From Escherichia phage P817, in sequence record MZ826699.1: DNA of 50,751 nucleotides. The stretch is one strand, 5' to 3'. Positions 27,902 to 36,975 of this stretch are shown here, in pieces. Each line of letters begins with the position of its first letter. Position 1 is the stretch's first letter. A program made the position numbers and the translations under genes. The notes beneath the pieces were generated by a model. That model saw only the letters and a list, made by a program, of their open reading frames with translations. It did no database searches and was not told the origin of the DNA.

Positions 27902-28138
27902 AAAACCTACTGAAAAAGTGTTAATCACACTGACAATAACGTGCATCGTAATTGATGCACGTTAAACCTACCTGATAGTTATTATGCCTTCATGACGGTT
28001 CCATGCTCTGAAAAAGCATCTCAACAAGTCAGTTGTCAGTTTTTTCTTTGCGAGTAATTTGAGTTAAGAAGCAGTCAACCTTACTTTCTATTTGGGAGAC
28101 AACATTTGTTTCATTAACTAATTCAACATAATTTTGAC

Positions 28139-28170
28139 ACCCCACTAGCTTCAGTGGGGTTATTTTTATC
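28139..28170 (+). terminator. intrinsic terminator (CCCCACT-AGCTTC-AGTGGGG + TTATTTTTAT)
   Basis: Perfect 7-bp GC stem followed by U-tract. Confidence 0.65.
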
Positions 28171-28171
28171 A

Positions 28172-28618
28172 TCAGAATGGAATGTCATCATCGAATTGGT
28201 TTTGCTGATTCGGCTGCTGCTGACTTTGCTTTTGCTGTTGAGGCTGCTGCCGCTTCTGATTTTGACTCTGCTGCTGCGCTGGTTCGCGCTGGCTGAATTG
28301 CAACTGAGGTCGGATCATTTCGGCGGTTACATAAACAGTGCCGTCATTACCCTGGCGTGACGCCAAGTGAAGCGTGTCGGCAGAAATTGATACAACCTTA
28401 CCTTCCTGGAACGCTTCATCATACCACTGCATAACGTTTTCTTTTGCGAAGAACGTAGCTCGGTAGTTACTGTAAACCGTCTCATCCTCGCCCTGCTGAT
28501 TGCGAATCTTCATGCGTTCTGAAAGTTCAACGGCGTACATTTTCCAACGACCGTTGTTGTTGCTGCCTTCTTTGGTGTATGGCGCTTTGCGGATCTGACC
28601 AGTGATTACGTGTGGCAT
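28172..28618 (-). CDS. ssb: single-stranded DNA-binding protein
   Basis: Gln-rich linker and canonical acidic tail FDDDIPF. Confidence 0.85.
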   Translation of the reverse strand: MPHVITGQIRKAPYTKEGSNNNGRWKMYAVELSERMKIRNQQGEDETVYSNYRATFFAKENVMQWYDEAFQEGKVVSISADTLHLASRQGNDGTVYVTAEMIRPQLQFSQREPAQQQSQNQKRQQPQQQKQSQQQPNQQNQFDDDIPF

Positions 28619-28656
28619 TGTATTTTCCTTTTTGGATGGGGCCGAAGCCCCGTTAA

Positions 28657-29313
28657 TTAGAATTGTTCGATGGATTCAGATTGTACAGGTTCGGACGGTG
28701 CATTTGCAACCTTGTCTTCAACCTTTTGAGTATCGGCCTTTTTTGCTGGCTGGAAACCGCGAGCTCTACCGATGATCAATTCAGCCTTGCGCTTCTGCAA
28801 GTGGTCTTCTGCAATCTTCCACTCAGCCGCGCCGAGTGAACCTTTAGCGCTCTTATAGATTACCTGGAGGTCTTCCAGTTTTTCACAGTTGGTGATCAGT
28901 TTTTTGTAGTCTGCTGCCGTGCGCTTCGCGATTTCTGCGTCGTCATCGCTCTGAGTGATTCCAAGCGCCGCGCACAATGCGTAACGGCGACCGTATGATG
29001 TTGTTGAGCCGTAAGCCTGGGCACTAATCTTCTCGATCGGCATGTTGTACTGGAACGCAAGCCACTCGCCAGAACTGTGAAGTATGAGCGTCTCAATGTG
29101 CATTACCTTTTCGGTTGACGTGTCCAGGTTTGACTGGATAACCATAAGGTCATGCTCTTTTAGCGCTGGTTCAACGGCCTCCAGAACGTCCGTCAGGTTT
29201 GAGTAATGGTTTTTCAGGTGAGTGTTAAATCCTGATTTTTTTGCGATAGCAAACTGCTTTTTAGCTGCAATTAGAGCGGATGAAACATTCGAAAACTTCT
29301 CTGATGTACGCAT
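28657..29313 (-). CDS. Erf-like single-strand annealing protein (putative)
   Basis: 218 aa; located between exonuclease and SSB. Confidence 0.45.
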   Translation of the reverse strand: MRTSEKFSNVSSALIAAKKQFAIAKKSGFNTHLKNHYSNLTDVLEAVEPALKEHDLMVIQSNLDTSTEKVMHIETLILHSSGEWLAFQYNMPIEKISAQAYGSTTSYGRRYALCAALGITQSDDDAEIAKRTAADYKKLITNCEKLEDLQVIYKSAKGSLGAAEWKIAEDHLQKRKAELIIGRARGFQPAKKADTQKVEDKVANAPSEPVQSESIEQF

Positions 29314-29395
29314 TATATATACCTTTGTTTACTTCGTTTGATTTACGGTGATTATAGCAAATCACCGCATTCGTGTTTAGCAAAAAATGCTACGA

Positions 29396-30430
29396 TTAAA
29401 GAATATGCTTAAACTGTTTCATGATCCAGTCAGGGGTCTCAAGCTCTATTTCCGGTTCTCCGTTGTTGTATGAAGGCCACACGTCGTTTTCTTCGCACAT
29501 TGAGAAAGTGTGAATTACGCTCATATACTGCGCACGACCAATCTTAAGCTGATCACCACTCATCCGGTAAGCCATCGGCAGGTAAGGCTCTTTCTTCTCC
29601 TGTGCCAGTAGTCGGACAACTACAGGTCTTGTTTCCTCAAAGCATTTAACGAACAAGTCGCGCTGCAATGCCATCTTGAGATAGTATCCATGATTGAATG
29701 CCAGGCGCGGGAAATCAGTCGGGTTAGCGCTCATTGTCGTTTTGTAATCAGTGATGACGACAATTTCAGGATGAATGTCAGGATCGTAACCCATGCGCCG
29801 GATTGCCTCTGTATCCTTAACGATGTCAACATGGTCAAGTCGCACCTTAACTTTAACGCCACAAATCACGCCAAACAATGAATACTCACGGAATGCAGTC
29901 TCACTGTTCATGCAGGCGTTATGTTCAGGAATCATCTCAAGAACCTGGCGCATACTGACGCAGGCGTCGTAGTCCTCTGCCTTAACCAGCTCCACTCCGT
30001 CTGCCCACGCCTGACATTGTGCGATCATGTCAATCAGCCACATGACGTTAAGGTCTTCACCACAATCAACCATCATTTTAATCAACTCTGGATATTGCTT
30101 GCCGCTTGTACCAGTCAGGCCAAATGATTTTAGTTTCGTTGCCAAGGCCGCTTGGCTTGTGATCACGTTTTCAATCTCGCTTTCTTTCGGTGCGCGGCGA
30201 TACTGGCGTTCAAACAGTGCCTTACTCTCGAAATTGGTATGCGACTGCGTACCGAAGACCAGTGCCTTAGTCGTCGAGTTCATTTCAAACTTCCACGCCG
30301 CAGGGCAAGTACTGTGGATCTTGCTGAGTGACGAGCCTGATACATACTCGGCGGTCCACTCATCTTTGCTGTGGTAAAAGTCGTTGCTCATTTCTTCTGA
30401 CGTGAAGTATTGAAACAGTGGCTTGGTCAT
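29396..30430 (-). CDS. PD-(D/E)xK recombination exonuclease (RecE/YqaJ-like)
   Basis: RLDHVDIV...VVITDYKTT motif typical of RecB-family nucleases; first gene of recombination operon. Confidence 0.5.
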   Translation of the reverse strand: MTKPLFQYFTSEEMSNDFYHSKDEWTAEYVSGSSLSKIHSTCPAAWKFEMNSTTKALVFGTQSHTNFESKALFERQYRRAPKESEIENVITSQAALATKLKSFGLTGTSGKQYPELIKMMVDCGEDLNVMWLIDMIAQCQAWADGVELVKAEDYDACVSMRQVLEMIPEHNACMNSETAFREYSLFGVICGVKVKVRLDHVDIVKDTEAIRRMGYDPDIHPEIVVITDYKTTMSANPTDFPRLAFNHGYYLKMALQRDLFVKCFEETRPVVVRLLAQEKKEPYLPMAYRMSGDQLKIGRAQYMSVIHTFSMCEENDVWPSYNNGEPEIELETPDWIMKQFKHIL

Positions 30431-30970
30431 CTCTTTAATCCTCGTTCGTTGTTGATGCTGGTAACTATACGCGCTTGGTTGCGTTAGTCAAGTGGTTACA
30501 TGTAGATATTTGTAATCACGTGTATGCAATGGCGTCAGTTACATAAAATGGCTATCCAGACCAGCTATAGCTTGATGTAAACGGCGTGTATATCGTGTAT
30601 ACCATTTTTCGCGGAGGGTGCATTGGTGTATGCGTGATTAGATACTGTATGAATATACATATTAGAAATTTATAAGCGGAACACTCTATAGAAGTAGTTA
30701 CACGATATACACAGTAATATATATAATAATAATAATTATAGTAGAAGGTTGATATATATAGATATTTTAATGTAACTATCGCGTAACTAGGCGTAACTGC
30801 GCGTATATCATTTTTCGCGGACGAGATTGCATACATCGAGTTACATCGGTTACGTGTATATAGTTGCATTTTCATACTTGACACCAAAAAGCACGAATTG
30901 CTAAAGCTCAATTAATGGTTAGTGTATAGTTACCTCATCGAAACGAAAAACACTTAATAAGGATTCAAAA
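30431..30970. promoter_or_regulatory. AT-rich divergent control region homologous to 10801..11519
   Basis: Shares TGGTTACATGT and about 70 bp ...AATAATAAT...GATATTTTAATGTAAC... with region 1; internal repeats GCGTAACT x2 and TATATC...ATTTTTCGCGGA x2. Confidence 0.45.
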
Positions 30971-31213
30971 ATGACTAACTTAATCAAACTTTCAATCATC
31001 GCCGCAGCAGCAATCATGATGGTAGGTTGTTCTTCTGGTCCTCGTCCTGATGGTTGGTGTGCAACGCAATCAAACGGAGTGTGCGTGGCTAAATGGAAAA
31101 ATGGTGTGGTTGTTCCAGCTGGTGAAGTTGATGTTCGCTACGCTGGTATTGAATCAAAAGCAGGTGGAGGCTACGGCGGTTCAGTTGCAGATCACGGCTC
31201 TAAGGAGTGGTAA
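30971..31213 (+). CDS. lipoprotein, candidate Cor-like superinfection exclusion protein
   Basis: 80 aa; [20 protein letters not shown] lipobox; next to tail-tip J-like gene region. Confidence 0.45.
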   Translation: MTNLIKLSIIAAAAIMMVGCSSGPRPDGWCATQSNGVCVAKWKNGVVVPAGEVDVRYAGIESKAGGGYGGSVADHGSKEW

Positions 31214-31214
31214 G

Positions 31215-32177
31215 ATGGGGCAGGGTATATTGATCGATCTTAACGATGGAAGGCCAGCTATGGAGATAACAGCAGGATTGAGAGCACCTGCCGTGACTGG
31301 TTCGATAAATACTAACGGGCTTTCTACTCCGGCTAACTCATGGGATTTTGGATTATCCATGTCACCTGGCTCAACGGCTTTCTGCCTACCAACAAAGGCG
31401 GTCCACGTTGATGCTTACGATGTAATACCAGAAGTGTATTATATGAACGGATTTCAAAAGGTTAATGATGGTATAGGAAGGATAACGCTCAGTAACTTCA
31501 ACGGTGCCAATGGTCGAATAATTGACTTTGGAGGTAACTGCTTTGAAATACTACCAGCCTCACCCTCATCAAGTCCAGGGATACTAGTTGAAAACTCAAC
31601 TGACTTCCTGGCAATATCAAGCAATTCAAGGCTAATGTCTGCGGCATGGGTTGGTGGGATTCAGGTAAATGGTGCTGCGTCACTTCCTGTCAGCGGAATC
31701 CCTTTCGGTAAGTGGGATAACCCAAACGTGTCGCTTGAAAGTGATGGAAGTACGATATGGTGCAGGGATTCAAACTACGGCGGGATTGATGACGTTGGGG
31801 CTAGCACTTACGTCCAGTTGGTTATATTCAGAAATGAGCCGCCGCCAGCAGGTCCAGGGCTTACAATGTCAAACGGATCTGGTCAGATTGTATTCTCTAG
31901 TGTTCGAAGGCCTTTCGTTCTTGGTGGGTTCATTCAGATTAACAATGGATACCAGTCAATCAATGGTGGATTCTTCCCGCTTCTTAGATGCGGCGCTACG
32001 ACTAGAGTTACAGGTGGGTATAACAACCTTAGGTATAAGGGTGTTTGCATGTCAGGAGGCTCTGTCAGGTCTGTTCCTGGCTCTGTAATAGGTAACTACT
32101 CTACTCAGACTGGCGCACAATTCCCATTCGACACAAACATATCAATGGCACTTCCATTTATTCCTAACTTCTACTAA
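31215..32177 (+). CDS. Gly/Asn/Ser-rich protein, possible receptor-binding or tail-associated protein
   Basis: Start ATG after GGAGTGG; 320 aa; co-transcribed with lipoprotein. Confidence 0.35.
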   Translation: MGQGILIDLNDGRPAMEITAGLRAPAVTGSINTNGLSTPANSWDFGLSMSPGSTAFCLPTKAVHVDAYDVIPEVYYMNGFQKVNDGIGRITLSNFNGANGRIIDFGGNCFEILPASPSSSPGILVENSTDFLAISSNSRLMSAAWVGGIQVNGAASLPVSGIPFGKWDNPNVSLESDGSTIWCRDSNYGGIDDVGASTYVQLVIFRNEPPPAGPGLTMSNGSGQIVFSSVRRPFVLGGFIQINNGYQSINGGFFPLLRCGATTRVTGGYNNLRYKGVCMSGGSVRSVPGSVIGNYSTQTGAQFPFDTNISMALPFIPNFY

Positions 32178-32197
32178 AAAAAGCCCCGAAAGGGGCT
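32175..32197 (-). terminator. intrinsic terminator (GCCCC-TTTCG-GGGC + T7) after J-like gene
   Basis: GC stem plus U-tract on minus strand. Confidence 0.65.
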
Positions 32198-32204
32198 TAA
32201 TCAT

Positions 32205-35200
32205 TTACCACGTACCAACTACTACCCTACCCCCATTTGGCAAGTTAACCGTGATTCCGTTATTGTTTATGACAACAGTATTGTTTGTTCCGTTAAAGGC
32301 GAAGTTACCGTTACTGGCGTACAAACTACCACGAACTGTTGCGTTGTTTAACTCCGCCGCTCCTGACTTATCAATAGCCCACCCCTGACTTCCTTGAACG
32401 TAGTTGTTAGATTGGATCCTGTTACCAATCTTCGCGTTCGTGATTGAACCGTCCTTGATCACAGCGCTCTGGATGAACACCTGGTTGCTCTCAACAACAA
32501 AAGGCAATGCCCACTGACCGGAACCAGATCCAACCCCATTACTGATTGCGAATCTGTTTGCGTCAAAGATGAACTGACTCTTAACACCAGCACCGCTGCC
32601 AACAAGTTCCATGCTCATCCCTGCACTATACTCAACCCCATTGTATTTTAGTCCTAACTTAACGCCGTACTGAGCGCCAGCGGATTCCGCATCCACCCAG
32701 GAATCAAGTTTTTCATTCAGTGCTGCCTGAGTATCTCCAAGCTGAGCACTTAAAGCAGTGTCTGCAGTAGTCCTTGCTTCCGTTTCGGTGGCTAGTGCCG
32801 TCTGAACTTCAGTTATGGAGGCGACAACCTCATCATCAATCTGCGCTTTAAGCTGCGTGAGAGCCTCTACGCGCGCCTGAGTTTCATCAGCAATAAGATT
32901 CACCGCCTGAACGTATTCAGCCTTACGCTTGCCGTTTTCCTTTGTCATTCGTCGCACGTCCGTGTCGTTTGCAATGGCGTTCTCAAGAATTGATTCCGCC
33001 TGCGCCTGAATAGCTCCGTTTGACTCAATGGCGTTCTGCTGTAGGTACTTAAACCCTTCGGAATTCTCAATATCTACCTTAATTTCACCAATGATCGATT
33101 CCACGTCATCACTAGCCATTCCTCGAACAATGTCAGACCAGTCAGAGACGTTCCCGATCCTGTCAACCAATCTCGCCCTGTACCAGTTCACATATCCTGC
33201 TGGTAATGTTGAGTGCCAGTACTCGTACTGAGGGTATGGGATCATTGTTAACAGGCTTGCGTTCTCCTCGCCTGTGTGACCTCCCGCTCCATTATCTGGT
33301 ATCTGCTGCAACTCAGTGTAGGCAGTGTCGCCAGAACCTTCGGGGAAACCCCATTTAACCCGTATCCCAAACACCTGGTCGTCAGATGCAGTTATGACTG
33401 TTGGTTTATCTGGCTTCCCAATCTTACCCGTCAATCCGACGCTGACAACTTCAGACCATGGAGACGTGTTTCCACCGCTTGAGATGCTCCTTACGCGTAC
33501 GTGATAATTACCAGCATAAATCCCTTCAACCTCAACCTCTGAGTTGGCTGTGCGCGGTACGTTCATCCAGTTTCCGTTATCCTTGCGCCATTGCACATCG
33601 TACTTGCTTGCGTACTGAACTTTATCCCATCCTACCACCATTGTTTCTACGCTCATTCCCTGCACAATTCTAGAGTATGATGAAACGACAATGTTTTTAG
33701 GTGGCTGCATGTTGTCAGGATCTACAATACTGGTTGGTCGGTCATCAATATTTACGCCGTAGTCAATCTCGTCGTATTTGTTCGGATCGTATTCAACTGC
33801 CGTAATGCTGTACGTGAACTCATCGTCGCCGTCTCCCTTCGTGATTCCTGTTACAACGTATTGCTGCAAGGCCACATCAGTGCGGTCGATTGCGAACACT
33901 GTGTTGGGTTGAACATCAAAGCCGAATCCAACGTTAAGCTCAATGGTTTTCCCGTCAGCAGACACTTTTGAAATCGTCCGACGCACCGGATTTCCGTCAG
34001 CCTTGTTCACGATAATGAAATCACCAGCGCGCGCATCGACCTTAAAGTGTGTGAACACTTGCAGGCCTGACACTTCCATCACACGACCTGATAACGAAAG
34101 CGTCAGGTTACTTGACCAGAAGTTATCAGCGATTGCTACCACGTCGCCAATCATCGGAATCATACCCTCAAGGCCAGTAGCAAAACTCACCGTCGTGCTG
34201 CGAAGGTTTGTTTTGAGAACCCAACGGCCCCGTCTATTCGCTTCACTGCGTCGAGTGCATCCGATCGCCGTGATGCTTGTCGGGTTATGGCCGAAGCGCA
34301 ATGAAGCGTTAAGGTCGAACACCCCCTCAATGTCTTGGCTGTACATGTTCTGCTCATCGTCGAACGTGACGTTGCATGTTGTGTACATGCTTTTTTCACT
34401 TGCGAACGTATAGGCAAATGAGCCATCAACGACGTTATCGTTAGTAAAAATATACGACGCCTCTCTCGGTCGGTCGATGACAATTGAAAGGCTCTCGCCG
34501 TTCCAGAAGCTCATTCCTCGGAATATTGAGCAAATATCTCGAACCAGATTGTAAGCCTCAACCTGAGACTGGATTACCACGTCGCAAAGGTAGCGAGGCT
34601 CCAAACCTCCGTGACCGTCAGGAACTTTCTGATCGCAGTATTGACCAGCATCATATAGCGACCACTTATCGACCGCGATCCCCAGCTCTCTTTGGTCGAG
34701 TCCGTATCTCTGATTGGTGATCAAATCATAAAGCACCCACGCCGGATTATTTGACCATGCTTTTTTAAAACTCCCATCCCATGTGCCGTTATACTCTCGA
34801 AGCTCTGGATTATAGTTGCTCGGAACGTTAATGAGCTTCCATTTCTTTTTCGTGCTAATGCTTGGGATTTGCGGGAATAGATCGCTGTTAAACTCGACGT
34901 AAACAAGACCAGTCAGAGGGTAACGGAATTTAGCATCAACCACTTCGGCATAAGACTGAATGTTTATCGCATCAACGACGCGCGCATCAGTTGAATCAGC
35001 CGTAACGCGTCGCACACGCAATAGAACCTGACTATTGAACGTTGGGAGGTCGATTCGTTTTGTTTTGTCATATCCGCTAATTGTCTTACCGTCGATTACG
35101 TCTGATAAAACTTCCTGGTAGTTCCCGCCATCAACCGCCATATCTACGGCCCACTTCACGACCACGCCGACCATATCTCCGTTTTCTTTCGTTGTAACGC

Positions 35201-35585
35201 CGCGAGGCATAAGGATTTTTACGCGGACGGCTGATAGCTGTTTATTCGTTACCGAGATCACGTAAGGCGTCGTTGTTTTCAATTCACGGCCTACAGTGAA
35301 CTCAGCCGCCGTGTCGTTGAAGCCTTTGATGTAATCCTGAGTCTGCGTACCAGGTCGGAACTCAGCCGTTACGCCTTCATAGTTAACCTCGCCGGATGGT
35401 GCAATTACAGGAACATCATTAAGATATAAGTCCTTTAATGAGAAATTCGCGTCAACCTCGCCATCACTAACAGCGAGCAAAACCTTAATCTTGTTGATTG
35501 AGATCAGGTTGTCTTCCATCTCCTGTGGGGTATGAGGTTTGCTGCTCCCACCCTTTCGGCCCGTCACTACACTATTTTTAATCAT
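32205..35585 (-). CDS. central tail fiber / host specificity protein (lambda J-like)
   Basis: 1126 aa; N-terminus GRKGGSSKPHTPQEMEDNLISINKIK resembles lambda J N-terminus; follows I/K/L/M-like genes. Confidence 0.8.
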   Translation of the reverse strand: MIKNSVVTGRKGGSSKPHTPQEMEDNLISINKIKVLLAVSDGEVDANFSLKDLYLNDVPVIAPSGEVNYEGVTAEFRPGTQTQDYIKGFNDTAAEFTVGRELKTTTPYVISVTNKQLSAVRVKILMPRGVTTKENGDMVGVVVKWAVDMAVDGGNYQEVLSDVIDGKTISGYDKTKRIDLPTFNSQVLLRVRRVTADSTDARVVDAINIQSYAEVVDAKFRYPLTGLVYVEFNSDLFPQIPSISTKKKWKLINVPSNYNPELREYNGTWDGSFKKAWSNNPAWVLYDLITNQRYGLDQRELGIAVDKWSLYDAGQYCDQKVPDGHGGLEPRYLCDVVIQSQVEAYNLVRDICSIFRGMSFWNGESLSIVIDRPREASYIFTNDNVVDGSFAYTFASEKSMYTTCNVTFDDEQNMYSQDIEGVFDLNASLRFGHNPTSITAIGCTRRSEANRRGRWVLKTNLRSTTVSFATGLEGMIPMIGDVVAIADNFWSSNLTLSLSGRVMEVSGLQVFTHFKVDARAGDFIIVNKADGNPVRRTISKVSADGKTIELNVGFGFDVQPNTVFAIDRTDVALQQYVVTGITKGDGDDEFTYSITAVEYDPNKYDEIDYGVNIDDRPTSIVDPDNMQPPKNIVVSSYSRIVQGMSVETMVVGWDKVQYASKYDVQWRKDNGNWMNVPRTANSEVEVEGIYAGNYHVRVRSISSGGNTSPWSEVVSVGLTGKIGKPDKPTVITASDDQVFGIRVKWGFPEGSGDTAYTELQQIPDNGAGGHTGEENASLLTMIPYPQYEYWHSTLPAGYVNWYRARLVDRIGNVSDWSDIVRGMASDDVESIIGEIKVDIENSEGFKYLQQNAIESNGAIQAQAESILENAIANDTDVRRMTKENGKRKAEYVQAVNLIADETQARVEALTQLKAQIDDEVVASITEVQTALATETEARTTADTALSAQLGDTQAALNEKLDSWVDAESAGAQYGVKLGLKYNGVEYSAGMSMELVGSGAGVKSQFIFDANRFAISNGVGSGSGQWALPFVVESNQVFIQSAVIKDGSITNAKIGNRIQSNNYVQGSQGWAIDKSGAAELNNATVRGSLYASNGNFAFNGTNNTVVINNNGITVNLPNGGRVVVGTW

Positions 35586-35633
35586 GATGTTTAGCCTTTC
35601 GTGCGATTTATAGAAGATTCATTATACAGGCGT

Positions 35634-35656
35634 AAAAAAACCCGCGCAAGGCGGGT
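35634..35656 (-). terminator. stem-loop with T7 between I-like and J-like genes
   Basis: CCCGC-GCAAG-GCGGG with U-tract on minus strand. Confidence 0.4.
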
Positions 35657-35662
35657 CTTAAG

Positions 35663-36256
35663 TTATGCCATATCTTCGGCGACGCTATAGGCGGAGAATG
35701 TCGCCCCACCTACAGTTCGATACCCATAAGGTACAGGGATCGGGTTTCCGGCTGCTGTCGTGTTTACTGCGCCGCCGAAGGCGTATGATGGTTTGTTTTT
35801 GCTGCTTTGAACCTCCATCTTTGAGCCGCCTTGCTGTGGTGAAATCATTTGCATTACCCCACCTAGCACCATTGCTCCGCCCATCATAAATGCTGACGTT
35901 GCGAACGTACCCATTAGCGCCAGTGATGCACCGCCTGTGTAGAATGCCGCAACCATCATTACAGCGCCAACAACAATCTGGAACATCCCGCCGTTTTTTG
36001 ATCCAGTAGGGATCGGAATAATGCGGACCTCTTTAGCACAAACGAATGCCGCCTCGTCATGCTGGCCTACATTCTTTCCGTCAACGAATACTGCGAAGTG
36101 CATACGTGAGCCGATCTCACTCTGCATGAACTCCTTAAACCCTTCCACCTGGGATGATAACGCCCGAATTGCTTCAGGGTATGAGTCAACATCATATTTG
36201 TGGAAGACGCCGAACCTACGACCGAGAGAACCTGATAGCTTTATTGTTTTTAACAT
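35663..36256 (-). CDS. tail assembly protein (lambda I-like)
   Basis: 197 aa; Gly/Ala/Met-rich hydrophobic C-terminal half; position between K-like and J-like genes. Confidence 0.6.
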   Translation of the reverse strand: MLKTIKLSGSLGRRFGVFHKYDVDSYPEAIRALSSQVEGFKEFMQSEIGSRMHFAVFVDGKNVGQHDEAAFVCAKEVRIIPIPTGSKNGGMFQIVVGAVMMVAAFYTGGASLALMGTFATSAFMMGGAMVLGGVMQMISPQQGGSKMEVQSSKNKPSYAFGGAVNTTAAGNPIPVPYGYRTVGGATFSAYSVAEDMA

Positions 36257-36975
36257 TTACCTAACTCCTTATGCCTACATATCATTACTGTGTGATCCTG
36301 GAACCATCCTGAATAAATGTCTGTCTTTGATAGCTTTCCAAATGCGTGATGTAGGAGTTGATTATTGCCAAGGTAAATCCCCGCGTGGTTCCAAACATCA
36401 GCTTGTAACTTCATGATGATCATATCACCAGGTTCAGGATCTTTTCCGGTTTCAACAAAACCCTCTTTAATGTAGTTGTCCTGGTAGAGATTCTCACCAT
36501 ATTCAGGCTTCCACCACTCGTAAGGCTTTCGGAAGTCATTCAGGATTACGCCGCGCTCTTTGTGCCATGCCATAACCAGTCCCCAGCAATCGAAAGAGCC
36601 AAGCGACCAGGGGCGACCAATCAGAGGCATGGCTTCTGGATGAACGATTCTCATGTCACCTTCTGGCAGACTTACAATCACCCATGGCAATTCCATCTCA
36701 TTCAATACGCACAGGTCGTGAGCGCTTGGTAAAGTGGTCGCCCCGTCTCCAGTGTGGCTATGAACGATGGCGATCGTGGTTAGGTCGGCGTCATCCTCAA
36801 TGCAGGCGTACTGTACAGAATGAAGCTGAAAACCTTTTTCCGGATCTGAGTGAACGTTGTCAATAGGCCAGTATTTTTGAACTCGGCCCTTCTGAGTCAC
36901 CACACCGCAACATTCATTGGGGTAAACTGATTTTGCATGTTCGAAGATTGCCATCTTAATTTTGCCGTTAATCAT
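36250..36975 (-). CDS. tail tip assembly protein (lambda K-like; JAMM/MPN plus NlpC/P60)
   Basis: HSH...SAHD JAMM-like motif; Cys/His-containing C-terminal domain. Confidence 0.7.
   Translation of the reverse strand: MINGKIKMAIFEHAKSVYPNECCGVVTQKGRVQKYWPIDNVHSDPEKGFQLHSVQYACIEDDADLTTIAIVHSHTGDGATTLPSAHDLCVLNEMELPWVIVSLPEGDMRIVHPEAMPLIGRPWSLGSFDCWGLVMAWHKERGVILNDFRKPYEWWKPEYGENLYQDNYIKEGFVETGKDPEPGDMIIMKLQADVWNHAGIYLGNNQLLHHAFGKLSKTDIYSGWFQDHTVMICRHKELGKC

Noticed and set aside
28154-28360. ORF 28154..28360 (+), Leu-rich 68 aa
   Set aside because: Antisense to the SSB Gln-rich linker (CTG/CAG repeats); artefact of low-complexity sequence.
3924-30905. Interpreting the recurring 18-bp box as a CRISPR-like array or as a canonical sigma70 promoter
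   Set aside because: Copies are irregularly spaced, separated by genes and in both orientations, so not a repeat-spacer array. TTG(C/T)TA-to-TATAG spacing is about 22 bp and one copy (25357) is mis-oriented relative to the downstream gene, so a simple -35/-10 promoter is not supported.
30552-30911. ORF 30552..30911 (-), 119 aa
   Set aside because: Lies wholly within the AT-rich repeat region; translation dominated by Tyr/Ile/Asn; no credible RBS.
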